Shown piece after piece: positions 37,240-49,712 of a DNA stretch of 64,000 nucleotides. The notes beneath the pieces are model-generated. The model made no database searches and was not told the origin of the DNA. It saw only the letters and a program-made list of their open reading frames with translations. Made by a program: the position numbers and the translations under genes. The DNA is from Raillietiella orientalis (taxonomy: Eukaryota). The DNA is taken from assembly GCA_036172245.1 (NCBI GenBank), contig JAYWIR010000012.1, positions 1,426,001-1,490,000 on the forward strand, given 5' to 3'. Numbering within the stretch: the stretch's first letter is position 1; each line of letters opens with the position of its first letter.

Positions 37240-37550
37240 TCCAGGGAGGGTCTCCCATCCTCCCGAGAGGAAGAGACGGCTCCATCTTCACGGCCAGAGG
37301 GTAACTCCGAAGGGTTCCTGGATGTCCCGTGAGGACCCCGGAGGGTCGAATTCCCATCCTGGCCAGGCAGTGGGGCTTCCGGCTTCCACAAGTGCCGCAC
37401 CCAAAGAGGCAATCAGCGCCATCCTGGGGGGAGGATTCGAAACCCACGACCCACACCCTTGTTCTCAAGGTCGATTCTTTTCCAGGTGGGATTCGAACCC
37501 GCAACACCTGGTGCCGCGCACGGAGGTCGTAGCCACGCTGCTGCCAACGT
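37240..37550 (-). mobile_element. SINE-like element, 5' portion
   Basis: Minus strand: CGTTGGCAGCAGCGTGGCTAC head, GGTTCGAATCCC B-box, second GTCGTGGGTTTCGAATCCTC, colinear body. Confidence 0.8.
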
Positions 37551-39259
37551 GGGCGAACCGACAGCGCGTCGTCCAGTGGGGTGGGAGAGGCGAAGCGGGG
37601 GAAGATTCCGCCCCGTCCATCACTGGGACCGTGCTCTGGGAAGAAGGAGCTGGATTCCGGGAAGCAAAAGAGGCGTAGCGTGGATGCTGCACCCTAGCGA
37701 CCGGAAAATCCCACGAGGAAAAACGCGCCGCCGCCGCCCCTCCGCCCAACCCTTTTCCATCCCCTGAATGGGTTCGAGAAACAGTTCAGGGCCTCGGGAG
37801 AATTCCAGGTCCATCACAGCCAAGGTCGCATTTTGGACCAAAGGTTTGCTGCATCCACAGCAACACGAAGAGAACGAATCATCCGAGTTTAGAGAGCTCT
37901 TCAGGACGGTGTCCTTCGGTCGCGAAAGGTCGGAAGGGTGAGAAGACAACCGGGGTGGTCCCTCAGAGGTCCACGCCCCAGCGGTTCGTTAAGCTGAAAG
38001 GTGGGGCAGCGAGTTGTCAGGGAGACGGCCGAAGCTTCAGGGATTCATGTCTTTGGGTGAACCTCCAATTCTTCCGGGTAGGGAGAAGCCCAGGCATCTT
38101 GTGCCTTGCTGCTCCAGGCGCGAACGCAGGCGGGCGGGAGCTTCGTCCTGTCGCAGCACCGCGACACCGACCGCCGCGTGTCGTCCGCCCCTCTCTCAAG
38201 GGAAATTCATTTCTTGACGTGAGCCTGCAGCTCCGGCCCCCCAGGGACCGTGGAGGGTGTTTCCCTGGAACATTGGAGGTCCTTTCGGCGCGAGCGGCGA
38301 CTCGCCGTCGGCCGGCTCGTGCTCCCGCTGTGACCCGAGGGAGGCGGCAGGTTGCGTGTCCGGGGGTCTGCCAGGGCGCGCAAAGACGAGGACAGTCCGG
38401 CGCGAGGAAGCAATCTGGGAAGCAGGAAGAGATGCGCCGGGTCTCTAGTTTCCGTGGCGCTGTCTTGCGCCGCTGCACCACGGTCTTTTTAGCCGAGGCG
38501 CAGGCGGAGGCTCCGTGGATGATGAGGGCTCCTCCTGCCAATCTGAGCTGACGTCAGACGATTCCTTCCCGTTCTTCTTTTATCAGGTCGGGGATGAACT
38601 TCCATCCCGTCGACCTGCATTGGGAATAAAAAGGAGCGTTTCATGGAGTCCCCATCTGGCAGCGCCGTGTTTTTTCCCGCTTCCTTCCCGCCCCGATGCC
38701 CTTTCAATCAGGACTTTCACTTATTTGAATCGCATGCACGATGGCAGGTGCAGAGGCACGAGCGGCTTCCCCGGGAGCGCGCGGGACTCTGCGATGGAGG
38801 CGCGTGCCCCTCTCTTCCTCCCCCTTCCCCCCTACTTCCAAAAGAAGGAAATCCTCTGCAGCCCCGATCTGTGGCCTAGCGATGGTAAGGGCGCGCTTCC
38901 TACTTGTGCTCCGTGGGCAAAGCGTCCATGGGGTGTTTCGATCCCTGCCCCTTAGTCTGGCCCTTCCCAAGCCCGAGCGCAGGGAACTGCTTCCTCCAGA
39001 TCAAGCTTGGGATCAGTTGTCGGCAGCACCGGGAATCCAACCAACGTGCTCCTCCAGGAATTTCGCTTCACGCCAGGACATTTACTGACAGCAAATCAAG
39101 AACGAGATCGGGGTGCAGCGCCCAAAGGAAAAGAAAAAAAACTTCTGGAAGGCGCACCGGCGAGAAGATCGGCCTCTTGGGAAGACAGAGCGGGAAGGAG
39201 GTGTCAACAAGTGAATAAATAGATTCATGATGGGGAGGGAAGAAAAAGGGATCTTTAGT

Positions 39260-39700
39260 AGTGGTCGCTCCTTCTTTCTCAGAGGAACCGGTGCAGCATC
39301 CAGGTGATCTGCATCCCGACTTCTTCGAGCAGTGAAGAGCCTGGAGAGAACTTTCTGCGGATCAACTCCCTTCACTGAGCCCCAGACTCCGGTACAAAGC
39401 GAGACGTGACCGTGGCATGGATGCAGCATCTCGTCGCGATCACGGCGCTCACGAAGAGTCTCCGCAGCGAGTCCGCTTCGTCGTTCTCGGGATGGAGGAG
39501 CGTCCGCCAAAGTTCGCAAAGGGCGCTGCAATCCTTCAGCAGCGTGGGGGCGCGGCTTCCCCGGAAACGAGAGGCCTGCGCCGGCTGCACCGAAAACCCT
39601 GGCGCAGCAGCACATCAGGACGTCCCATCTCCACATCAAGGGGAATGCCGAAGGAGGCACCGCGAGCTCTTCGAGAGGGCGTGCTGGGGCGGCCGCCTCA
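39260..39700 (-). mobile_element. Possible LINE RT remnant
   Basis: LLHPE.., GVDPQKV (DxxKAFD-like) and LLEEVGMQITWMLHRFL across frameshifts. Confidence 0.3.
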
Positions 39701-40779
39701 CCGAAATGGCCCTTTTCCTGCGAACGAGGAGCGGCGCCGCCCATTAGCTCGCCTGCCGTCCAGCCGCCTTCCGGAGCCTCTAGGCTCCTGCAACAGTGCA
39801 GGGGAATTCCCATCTTGTGGACTGGGCAACTGGTGATGCGTGCCCTCGGGCAGGCAGCGCTGCGGCAAGACGGCTATCCGAGACCACTGAGTCTGGTCCT
39901 GCAGGACTTCTCCTAGAGCTGCGGTGGAGGGTTCGCAAGGGGGTGAACACCCTTTGGGCGCAATTCCAAGGTGGCTCCACGGTTACGTGGCGTGCTGCTC
40001 CCTTTGCTTCCTCCGGGCTGTCAGGGAACGGTCACTCTCAGGCGAGACTTCATGCTCTCCTGAGTCTCAAAACGTAAACAAGGAGGAAGGGACGTCTGCT
40101 CCTGGGTGAGCAACCGGAATTAGGAGAAAGGAGAGCCTTTACTCTGGAAGACCAAGGGAAGTGTTCTCGAAGCGACTTCAAGGTCCAAGAAGTTCCGGAA
40201 GACATGTGCTGGATGATATTATGGATGCCGTGCACACTGCGGCGCGTAAGTAAAGAATGAAGCTGGTGTAGGTCATATGAGAGCACAGAGCTCGTTCGTA
40301 CCTTTTCTCACAGCTGATGGGCCTAGGATCACCGACTTATGACTAGGGGATTCGCAGCACGAGTGTTCCCTCTGTCTCTGCTCTCACTGCCCAGGCGGCG
40401 ACTACGCGAGGACTTTCCCACCCCGACAGACGACCCGACTTGTGTCTCCGGCGGATCGCCCTGGAGGTGGCGCACACGACTCACTTCCGATGCACCCCAC
40501 TCTCTGCCGTCTCGAGATACCTAGTCTTCTTCGTGCCGTGTGCCTTCCCACATCCCGAAGTCGCTTGAAGATCCCTCTGCCGTTGGGACGGAACAGTGGT
40601 CTTCTCCTCTCGTGGGACTCGGCAGAGGATTCGTAGAGACCCCGACAGGCTCGCTCTCCAGCCACCCGGAGGCAGCCAGTCCTGTCGCGGCTATGGATCT
40701 TTTTCGGGAGGGAGTTTGACCCGAGTCTGGTCACGAGTACCTTGGAGGGTGGTTTCCATGGTAGCAGTGGAGGCAACGG

Positions 40780-41345
40780 CCCTCTACGCCAACTCAGAGA
40801 GTGCCGCGGTTGGCGTACTCTTTCCGGCTTTCGCGTCCTCTGCGTCTATGGAGATTCATTCACTGCATTTTTCCAGCCTGATTCCTCGAGTTCCAGATTT
40901 CCTAGTGAAGGTTGCGTTGCGATGCCACTCTGTGGCATCTTCAGCAACCGTCTCCTGCCCACCTTCGGGAAAAGAAGCGTGACTTTCCCCTACCGAAAAG
41001 GACGCGGACCAAGGCGGTAGTGTGTTCCACGGTAGGCCACATCATGGGTCGGTGCCACGTTAAGATCGGACATATATTGAGTTCGGACAGGAAGTGCTCT
41101 TGGGCCACAACGTGGGTGACCCTGGCGTACTTCCTGTCCGAACTCAACGGATCTGTTCTGGCGCCCCGCGAGCGCAAAGGGAAGGCGCCGGCATCCTGCA
41201 CCGTTGCGATGCGTGGCAGGCAACAAGGTCTCGACCACGCCATCATCCCCACAGAACAAGAAAGCGACCAATCGGCCTGCTGGCATCCAGAAGAGCAGTG
41301 GGACGGTGGTTGTTAGCCTCAGGTGAATCTCTCTCCCGGGAAGGA
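40780..41345 (+). mobile_element. LINE endonuclease fragment with internal inverted duplication
   Basis: Colinear with 8560-9070; GLDHAII and ESDQSA (SRID/SDH-like) motifs. Confidence 0.65.
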
Positions 41346-43699
41346 TTCAAACTGGTCACCGGGAGGCGGCCTGGAGGATTGTTGCCTACACTATAATCGT
41401 GGAACCGACCCTTCAAGGTCGTCATGACCGGCACAGCCGCCAACGGGGATCATAAAGGCCGCTACACTGCAGACTGGGACCACTGCCGCAAGGAGCAGGA
41501 ATGTCGAGGAAAAGACGCCATTTCGGGCTGCAGGAGGGGAAGAAGTCCGCGAGGGAGGCCTCGAAGGAGGGGCATCACGAGATGCTTTGTGCTCGAAGGC
41601 TTCCTCCCTACGAGTTTCCATCGCCCCTGCATCTCTCTGCAAGCGTTTGTCCTATAGGTGTCCACTTCGTGTAGTCTGCCTCCGGAGCTGACATGGTGGC
41701 ACGCTCCCGTATTCTCTCCTTCCGCGCCTCGGCTGCATCCAGCAACCACATGCTGCTCCTCTGCGGAGGTTTCTTCCACCCCCTTCCCCGCCAACCGCCT
41801 TCTCTTTACCAACTGGGGAGGGAAGGTGCAAAGAATTCCACAGCGAAAATGCAGGATAGGAGACGAAGCAGGCCGTTTCCATGGGTACCAACCAGGAGTC
41901 CCAAACTCCACAGGTGCTCCAGGAAAAGACTAGTTCCCATCTTTCTTGTCTTTCAGAGGAGATGCTTGACAACCCACTACCCGCGCAAAGCCACCCCACA
42001 TCCCACTCCTTATAGCAGTCGCTGAGGCCCTCGACTGAAGGCGCCCCCCACGCGGAAGGCGCTCTCGTCAACCGGCCATGAGAGGGGGACCCAGGCCTAT
42101 TCCCAAACGGAGCGGTCCATAGCTCACTCGCCACCGGCCAAGCGAGGGAGTCGTCGCAGCAGGCGCTCTCTTCCTCCTTCCCTGCCGGAGGTCTGCGCAC
42201 CTGGTTGGGAAGGAAGCGCTTTCGGTCGTCCGTCCGACAAGCCCGGAGAGCTTGGACTCCAATGCAGGCGACGCAGCTCCGTTTTGGCAGAGGCACAGTC
42301 TGGCAATGGGACTCGTCCACGCCTGCCGCACCGCCGCCGCCTCTTCCGGTTTCAGCGGATGGTCCAGCGCGCCACACCTTCCGCTCACATCACGAGCTGC
42401 CCGTTCCAGAGGACGTCTGGGGGAAAGAGGTGATTTCGGCGGAGGCCCGCCCGACCAAAGGACCACTCACCGAGGCTTCCTGCGCCCTCCTTCGCGGCAA
42501 ACGCGCCTTTTGCCTTCTAGTCTTCCCCAGCAGATGTCAAATGCATCCGTCCAGCCAAGAGAGTCGCACTTTCCGGCCCTCATGCCCCTCTTCCCTCCCA
42601 GGTGTTCTGCTCTTCCTGCTAGCAGCTCGCGCCTCATCTCCCCGCAATTTCTCGACATCCCGCTTCCAGTTTGTCTACGCGTTTGTCTACACCAAGCGGT
42701 TCAGAACCAGCATGCTGTGGCAGAAGCTGTGGGAGGTCTCTAGGTGGCGCCGAGCATCACTACTCTGAAGAGAAAGTAATCAGTAGTTTCTCGCTGTCAC
42801 TAAGCAACACCTTGGAGGCGGTGGCGAACTGGCTCGTTCCAGGAGCCGACGGGGATGGGACATGGCGAGATGGCCAAAGAAGGCGAGGAGCACCCGGATT
42901 CTGCCGCGGAGGTCCCTGGAACACGCGAGCAGCTTCGGCGTTTTTCGCAGGCAGACCCGCACTTTCCAAGTCTTCCTCCGGAGGTCGCTGCTGCAGAGGA
43001 GGTGAAGGCGGAGGGTGCTCTGCGGTCGGTAGCGGCACGGGACGGCCGGAGTTTGGAAGGTGAACTTGAGTGGCAGGGAGACTGTATCGTGGTCTTCAGG
43101 GGTAGTCCACGGCCTCCGTTACAGACGCGAACGTCGGACCCGCATCCCGCCTGGAGCGCGCGTTTTTGGGTTGCCCCTCGCCCGACATCCATTGCAAGAG
43201 CTCTCCTGGCAGGAACTTCAGAGGGAAAGACGGAGGAGAGTGAACAACAACCCATCTCTCTGTGATCTACTGCACTCCCATGGCGACGATCACAGGACGC
43301 GCTTTTGCAGCGGGCGCTACAGGGTCATGAGGAGTGGCTTTCGCGTCTAGCTGCACTGCCCAGAAGCTTCGTTTCCCGTTGCTCCGGCGACAGCTTTCCC
43401 AGGATCCCTCATCGGACTCGGTGAGGGCCAACTCCACACTCGACACGCAGCCCCCTGAGCAGAGGGTCTCTTCTCTTGGCTGTGACACAAGAGCTCGGGT
43501 AGGGCCCACGGGAGTCTCGATGGGAGTGACCCTCCGGGATAGGTGCTGTGTGCAGCGGCAGCTACGAGGCACTGCTGCGCAAGGGGAAATTCCTAATACT
43601 ACCTGGTTTATCTCCTGGTCCTGTCAGTCGGCGCTCGTGAACGGCGCGTCTGTTCTTCTCGGGATCGATGGCCACCGACGCTGGGTCTGACTTTGCCCG

Positions 43700-44050
43700 C
43701 CTCGGGCGTTTTTTTCCGTAGAGGGGACGGTGGGACCCGGACCGCTCCCAGCTTCGCGTTCCCGGAACGGCAAGGGTGCAAGTGACCTCCCACGCGTGCT
43801 CGTCCACGCAGGGAAGGGTACTGCCGAGGGCCAGTTCAGAACGAGGAGGTTTGGAGGCGCTCCACACGGCGCGCTCATTCTGTCTTCCGCCCGAGTTCTC
43901 TTCCCGGAGGTGCTCCGCCTGGGTTCCCTTCGATCGGTTCTCGCTGGGAGCGCGCTTCCTACCACCGCGTGCGAGCGACGAGTAAACCCACGACAAGCAG
44001 CAGGCGGCGAGGCATCCACTCGCTCTTGGAGACCCGAGCTCCCGACCTCT
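43700..44050 (+). mobile_element. LINE RT domain 0-1 remnant
   Basis: Similar to 33230-33330; RFLPPRASDE*THDKQQAARHPL. Confidence 0.3.
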
Positions 44051-44544
44051 CCGTGGGAGATGTCCCCGAATGCTGGATTTTCTTTCCGAAGCCCAGTTTC
44101 GCGACCGAGGAGGTACGAAGGCTGCCGGTCCGTTGCTCCTGTGCGCGCATCTTCTTCTTTCCTTCTACTGTGCCTCTTTCGGCTGTAGCTCAGATCCGCT
44201 GCAGTTTCGAAGCTTTTATTTTCAATTTAGTCTGTTCCTGATCCCGCTGCCGCTCCCGGAGTGCACCACGGAGCACCAGATCTCTGGTGCGAGCCATGAC
44301 GCAAAAACCGGGCTCAAATCATCCGCCCGCGGGATGCCAGCTGCACTTCAAGGTAGAGGCCAACCACCGACCGGCAGACAAGTCCGCAGATCTCAGGGGA
44401 AGTGACCCGAGGTTCCCCCCGCGAACCCGCTTCGCTCCGCCCCAACGGCGCAACGGGCGGATCTTGCAGTCAGCAGGCGCGTCTTCCAGTGTATCAAACT
44501 GATGCGGTTGGCGTTCAGCATCCCCTGAGGAGGACCAGATGTCC

Positions 44545-45360
44545 GCGTGGGCGGCCACGTGGCTGCGATCTCCTCGCGCCGGGAACACCCGACGAGTCTT
44601 CGTCAGTCGCGATGCGATCCTGGGAAAAACAAAACAAAAAAAATTGTGAGCAGGAATGAAGAGAAGGAGTGGGGGAGGAAGGCGATGGGAGCCCCTCGCC
44701 TCCCTCTCCCGTCGCCCCGTCACCGATTCCCATCCCCTCTTTAGAAGCCGTCATCGCATGAGCGTAGAAACGTCGGACGAGGCTAATGCTGCCTACCCTA
44801 GGGTGCTCCACTCTCGAGGGAGGGAGTATGGAGGCTCCCCATAGCCTTCTCCAAGTTGAATGGGAACCCCGGAAACCGGCCGGTCGTTGATCGACCAGGT
44901 TCCCAGGAGTGAGTCCATACCGGAAACGGGGGTGTGAGCCGTGGGTTCCGAGTTCTCATCACAGGATGGCGCTAGTTGGTCTCTTCAGGTGAGACATTGG
45001 GGGAAGACGGATGCTCCGTTGACTGGCCGGGATCGGAAGTCGATTCTCTGGGGATCCTCACAGTACCCTTTAGGGGTTCCCTTTTGGTTGTGCAAAGGGA
45101 CCCGCCATCACGTTCCATGGACCTTGTTCAACCCCTTTTGGGGGATGCCTCTCCAGAGTGCCAGGAAATGCTTCTACCTCCGGGGAAGGGTCTCTTCGAG
45201 GTTCTCTTCAGAGGTGAAAACAGGGAGCGGTTCCCTTGCGGGTTCCCTCTGGAGAAGAATCCCAAGAGCAGATCCTTTCCAGATTCCTTCGGAGGAGAAA
45301 TAAAGAGAGATCCCTTCTGGTGGGCCTCTCCGGATAGAATAAGGAAGAAGGTCCCTGCGG
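44545..45360 (+). mobile_element. SINE-like element interrupted by ~300 bp in its head
   Basis: Head start GCGTGGGCGGCCACGTGGCTGCG at 44545; family sequence resumes ~44910 (GCCGTGGGTTCCGAGTTCTCATCACAGGATGGCGCT) and runs to ~45360. Confidence 0.7.
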
Positions 45361-45388
45361 TTGTGAAAAAGAGGAGGTCCAGATACCC

Positions 45389-45558
45389 GCGTCGGCGGCC
45401 GCGTGGCTGCAGCCTCTGCGCGAGGCACCAGGCGTCGCGGGTTCGAATCTCGCTTGGGGAATCCCACCTCGACACCGAGAACGAGGCGTGCGTCGTGGGT
45501 TTCGAGTTCTCCCGCAGGATAGCGCTGCCTCTATTGGTTTCGGGTGCGGCGGCACTGG
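45389..45558 (+). mobile_element. SINE-like element 5' part (split by LINE insertion; continues at 46838-46970)
   Basis: GCGTCGGCGGCCGCGTGGCTGC, GGTTCGAATC (45440-45449), second B-box-like motif; stops at GGCACTGG. Confidence 0.85.
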
Positions 45559-46837
45559 CTGATACCCGGTCATGCCTGGGCCTTTATTTATAAAATAAAT
45601 ATACAGGTCAGTGATAGGACGTTTGATCCTGTCACGCTACTTAGAACTACGGGAAGGAACCTGCCGGGAACTGGCACGCAGGCCAGCAGGGTGCGCCTCG
45701 GCAGCACAAGGGAAGGGAAGACAAACAAAAAGATAAAAACAAACCAAAAAAACTGCAGTCAAAAAAGATGAAGGGAGGGGGAGGTTCGGGAAGAGATCAC
45801 TGTGTGTTGGAGGGTGCCACTGCATCCTTGTAAGGATGCCGGCAAGTTCCTGTTTTGTGGTTTCCAGATGGGGCCATCTTGACACTATCCTCATGTAGAG
45901 GACAGCAAAATGGATGGTGTCCCTGTCGTTCTGGCCTCTGGAGTTGTTCCATGCGCCCACGATCCCGCGTAGGCAGCACAGTGCTGCTAGGGATGCAGCC
46001 GGCGGGAGGGCGTCGCGCATGAAGAGGCGCTTTAAAACGTCGCTGGCGTTGCCACTGAGGGTTCCAAGGACCGTGGTCCAAAGGGACTGGAGGGCAACAC
46101 AGTCTACCAAGAGGTCCGGGAAGGACTCCTGCTCCCCGCACCGTGCACAGTTTGGGTTCATACACTCCCGTGTCCACAGATGCTGGGGGACGTTACACGG
46201 AAGGCCCCAACGCAGTATCATCAACGCCGACTCCTGCTACTTTAAAGGGAAGGTGAGGGTGTTCGAGAGCACTGGGGGCCACTGTAGGTCTTCCTCCGAA
46301 ATACCCAGTAGCATACCCCAGCGCAAAAGTTCACGAGGTCGAGCACTTGGGGTCGCAGCGTCAGTGAGCTGGCCCGTCGTGCACTCACGCAGTCCTTTTC
46401 TCCTTCCGGAGATTTCTACAGTAACCTCCTGTCTGGCCGTAAAGCTGCTGTCCAGATGCTCCCTAAGGGAGGGCAGCGCAGCGGCGAGGGAGGTTCTGTT
46501 TGCCCATGCACTCTTCGCGGGATCTTCCAGGATCTTTAGGAGCATGCAGTTGTTGTTGCGCGCGTACAGGGAACATCGCCCCTGTTCCGCGCTTGACTCC
46601 TGGATCCTCGTCCACGTGCAGAGGTTCCCTGCAACCAGGCACTACCGTTCGCGGGGCGGCACGGGATCCATCCGTTTTTCCTCGCTAGCGTGGCCACTGC
46701 CGCAGGTGCAGTCCGCCGTGGATAAGGCTGCATGAAGGGCGCGCAGGGAAGGACGCGAGGTCCACGCTGCTGGTGGCTTGTTGGACGAGAAGACTTGCAG
46801 GTTGGCACCAGATGATGCTCGAGAGATTTGTCAAGAG
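45559..46837 (-). mobile_element. 5'-truncated L1/Tx1-like LINE inserted antisense into a SINE, flanked by ~7-bp TSD
   Basis: ORFs 46237..46545 and 45637..46224 (TDAATP, WGLPCN, CARCGEQESFPDLLVDC); UTR; AATAAA-hairpin end; GGCACTG/GCACTGG on both sides. Confidence 0.9.
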
Positions 46838-46970
46838 GGCACTGAAGCACTGGTGGGAACCGGAAATCCCCGAATACCCATGTAGACTGGCCGGGGTTGG
46901 AAGTGGATCTTCCCGACTCTTTCCAGGAATCCAGGAGCCATTCAAGGTCACCCTCCGGCTGCGAAAGAGA
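46838..46970 (+). mobile_element. SINE body continuation after LINE insertion
   Basis: GCACTGGTGGGAACCGGAAATCCC...TTCCAGGAATCCAGGAGCC matches the family body (cf. 48218-48310). Confidence 0.75.
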
Positions 46971-48139
46971 GATGGGTCAGTTGCCCTGTGAACGGCAAGG
47001 CTGGTTCACCCCTTGGATTTCAAGCAGTCGGCGGCAGTCGCTCTTCCTCGCGTCCGGACCGACGGGCGGAGACTGATGCCAAATCCGGGGCGCTTCACGC
47101 GTCGCCGCGGTCGGTTTGAGTTCCGGTCCCGAATGCCGTGTCCTGACGGGACGTTCAAGTTTTCACAGTCCGTGGGCGCCGTCGGGGCTGCCGCGGGGCG
47201 GCCATTTGCTTAATCGGGGTCCATCACTGCAATGGCTGCGCGGTTACGAGGTTTCCGTGAGCCCGAATGGCTGAGGCGATTTCCGATGTCCCCCCCGCCA
47301 TTTGTCATTGAGGAGCGCGGCCAAAGCCCTTGGCGGATCCGCCGGCGAGGATGCGTTGCGGCTTCTCCCCCCCTGCGCGTGTGCACTTTTTTCCTCCTCT
47401 CTCCCCTCTCCTTTGAAAGGGCCCTAGCACGAGATGGTTTGCAGAGGGTCAGATCGCTGACTCCCTCGTGAGCTCCGGCTCAAGCGCTGGGGCCTTTCCG
47501 GCTGCAGCGGCTCGCGGAATTCCTCGGCCTCCGTCCTTCCGGAAAGCAGGAAGAACCAGGCTGGGAAGGCGGACAAAGTGAGTCGCATCCAAACGGCCAG
47601 CTCCCGAGGTTCTCATGAAGGAGACCAAGAGCATTTCTGAGCTCTCCCTTGCTCGTGGAGCACCCCAGCGCAGGCAGCGTCAGCCTCGTTTGAAGGTTCT
47701 GCGCGCATGCAATGACGACGTCAAGGGAGGGAATGGAAATGGGAGAAGGGGAAGGGGGATTTCCGTCTCCTTTCTCCTGCGCTTCTTCTCTTCATCTCTG
47801 CTCCCGATTTGCTTTTGTGTTTTTTTCCAGAATCGAATCTGGCAGAGGCTCGTCGAGTGTTCCCGGTAAACGACGTTCTTGGACAGAGCTTCTGAGCACA
47901 ACTCCTCTTTTCCGAAGTGCTTCTTTCCGTTTCCTGACAGTTCCTTCGACACACGTCGTCCACGTGTGGAAGTGAATCCGCATCTGCCGGCCGAGACTGC
48001 GATGCTCTTCTGATCTGGTTCGGCACGCAGCATCCTCGCTCTCGAAGAAGGGGGAAGAGCCAACGTTACCAAAGGGAAGAAGGAACTTTCGTGACAAGAG
48101 CCTGTTCGGGACCGTGCGGAAGGGCTGCGAAGTGTTACG

Positions 48140-48945
48140 GATACCGGAAACGGGGATGTGAGTCATAGATTTCGAGTCCACCTCGCAGTATGAAGCTGGT
48201 TGGCTTCTTCAGCGCGGCACTGGTGGAAGTCGGAAACCCGATGCTCCCGTTGACTGGCCACCGGAATCGCAGTTTGACCTCCCGAGGTTCTTCCAGGACA
48301 TCAAGGAGCTCTTCGCGGTTCCCCTCCAGCTGTGAAAATGGAGCCATTCCCTCCCTCGAAGAGGGATCCTCCTTCGCGGTTACCTTCCGGCTATGGATAC
48401 CGTGAAGTTGGTTGAAACCCTCTCGGGGGCTTGATCTTTCCAGAGTGTCAAGAGCTACGCTGTTCTCTTCGAGGAGAGACCTATAGAAAAGTCTGGAAGA
48501 GTTCCTTCGGGGTTCACTTCAGAGGAGAAAACCGGGAGCGGATCCTTTCCGGGGAATCCTTTCGCAGAAGAAATTCCAGGAGCAGATCTTTCCCTGATCC
48601 CTTCGGAGAAGAAAGAAATTCTCTCCCTAAGGTCCCTCTCCAGGAAGAGGCTCTCTTCTTGGGGAGGGATCAAGGTTCCCTTCGGATACCACCAAGTCGA
48701 GAGTTCCCTCCACGGTTCTCCTCTTAAGAACAGACTCCTTTCTCCAGAACCTTCTTGTATTCATAGGGTGGTTCCTCCGGTGTTGTCCCTTAGCTTGAAG
48801 AGTTGATACGCATCCTCGGGTGACCTGGACAGCTTGTGAATGACCTTCGTGACCACTCCTAAGGAGGCAAGCGGTTCTTCAGCATTCCTTAAGACCCCCC
48901 CCCCCCCCCCAAAAAAAAAGAAATCCCGAAAAAAAAAAAAAAAAG
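48140..48945 (+). mobile_element. SINE-like element lacking first tRNA unit, with A-rich tail
   Basis: Colinear with other copies from the second B-box-like motif to GGTTCTTCAGCATTCCTTAAGAC(C)nA9...A15. Confidence 0.8.
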
Positions 48946-48994
48946 CTGGAAGGAAAGAAACGAATACAGAAAAGAATTCCAAAGCGTTTCCACC

Positions 48995-49712
48995 CTCCTA
49001 TAAGGCTTTCCCCAATGCTTCCCTCCTTAAAGGACGCAAGCGACAGCTTAATCCCGGCACGGTGGGAAATGATGTGCTGCATAGCAGCAAAGACTAAACT
49101 TCTGGGGGCATGGACAACTCGTGAGTTCACGGACGCTGCGACCCCGAGTGTCCCATCAAAAGAAAATTCTACGCTGGGATGAGCTGCTCGCGATACCAGA
49201 GGAGGTGAAGTGGCCCTCGGCGTGCTGTAACAGCGGTACCCTTACCCTCGAGTAGCGGGAGTTGGAGTTGCTGGTGCTGCATAAAGGAATCCCATGCAAA
49301 GCGGGCCTTCCACACGGGGGAGTATGGATGCCAATTTTGGAAGGTAAGGCGAGAAGAAGGTCCTCCTGCACCTTCTGCTGGACTATGTCGCCCTCCGATC
49401 CCTTTGGGATCGCTTCTCGACGACTCTAGGAATCACGGTTGATGGCCCCAGGGACATTTGCAAACTCCTTTTTGTGCGTGGTGTCGCACTGCCACCAACC
49501 GCATCCCTTGCAGTTCTCTGCTGTGTTCGCGGGATCGTGCTGAGGTCTGGAAGGCCAGAAGAAGAGGCCGAAATGCCAGGGACCTCATCCGCTGGGCGGC
49601 GATCCTCTTGAAGGCCGCCTCGAGATAGCCCCACTCGAGCGGGACAAGGACGGAACTTGCCAGCAGCATCCTGAACAGGATGCAGAGGACGCCCCGGCAT
49701 AACCGGGTGGTG
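48995..49712 (+). mobile_element. L1/Tx1-like LINE ORF2 C-terminal fragment
   Basis: PARWE, LGAWTTREFTDAATP, LRWDELLAIPEEVKWP, LHKGIPC, LHLLLDYVALRSLW all match the 16789 ORF; terminal hairpin 49693-49707. Confidence 0.85.
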
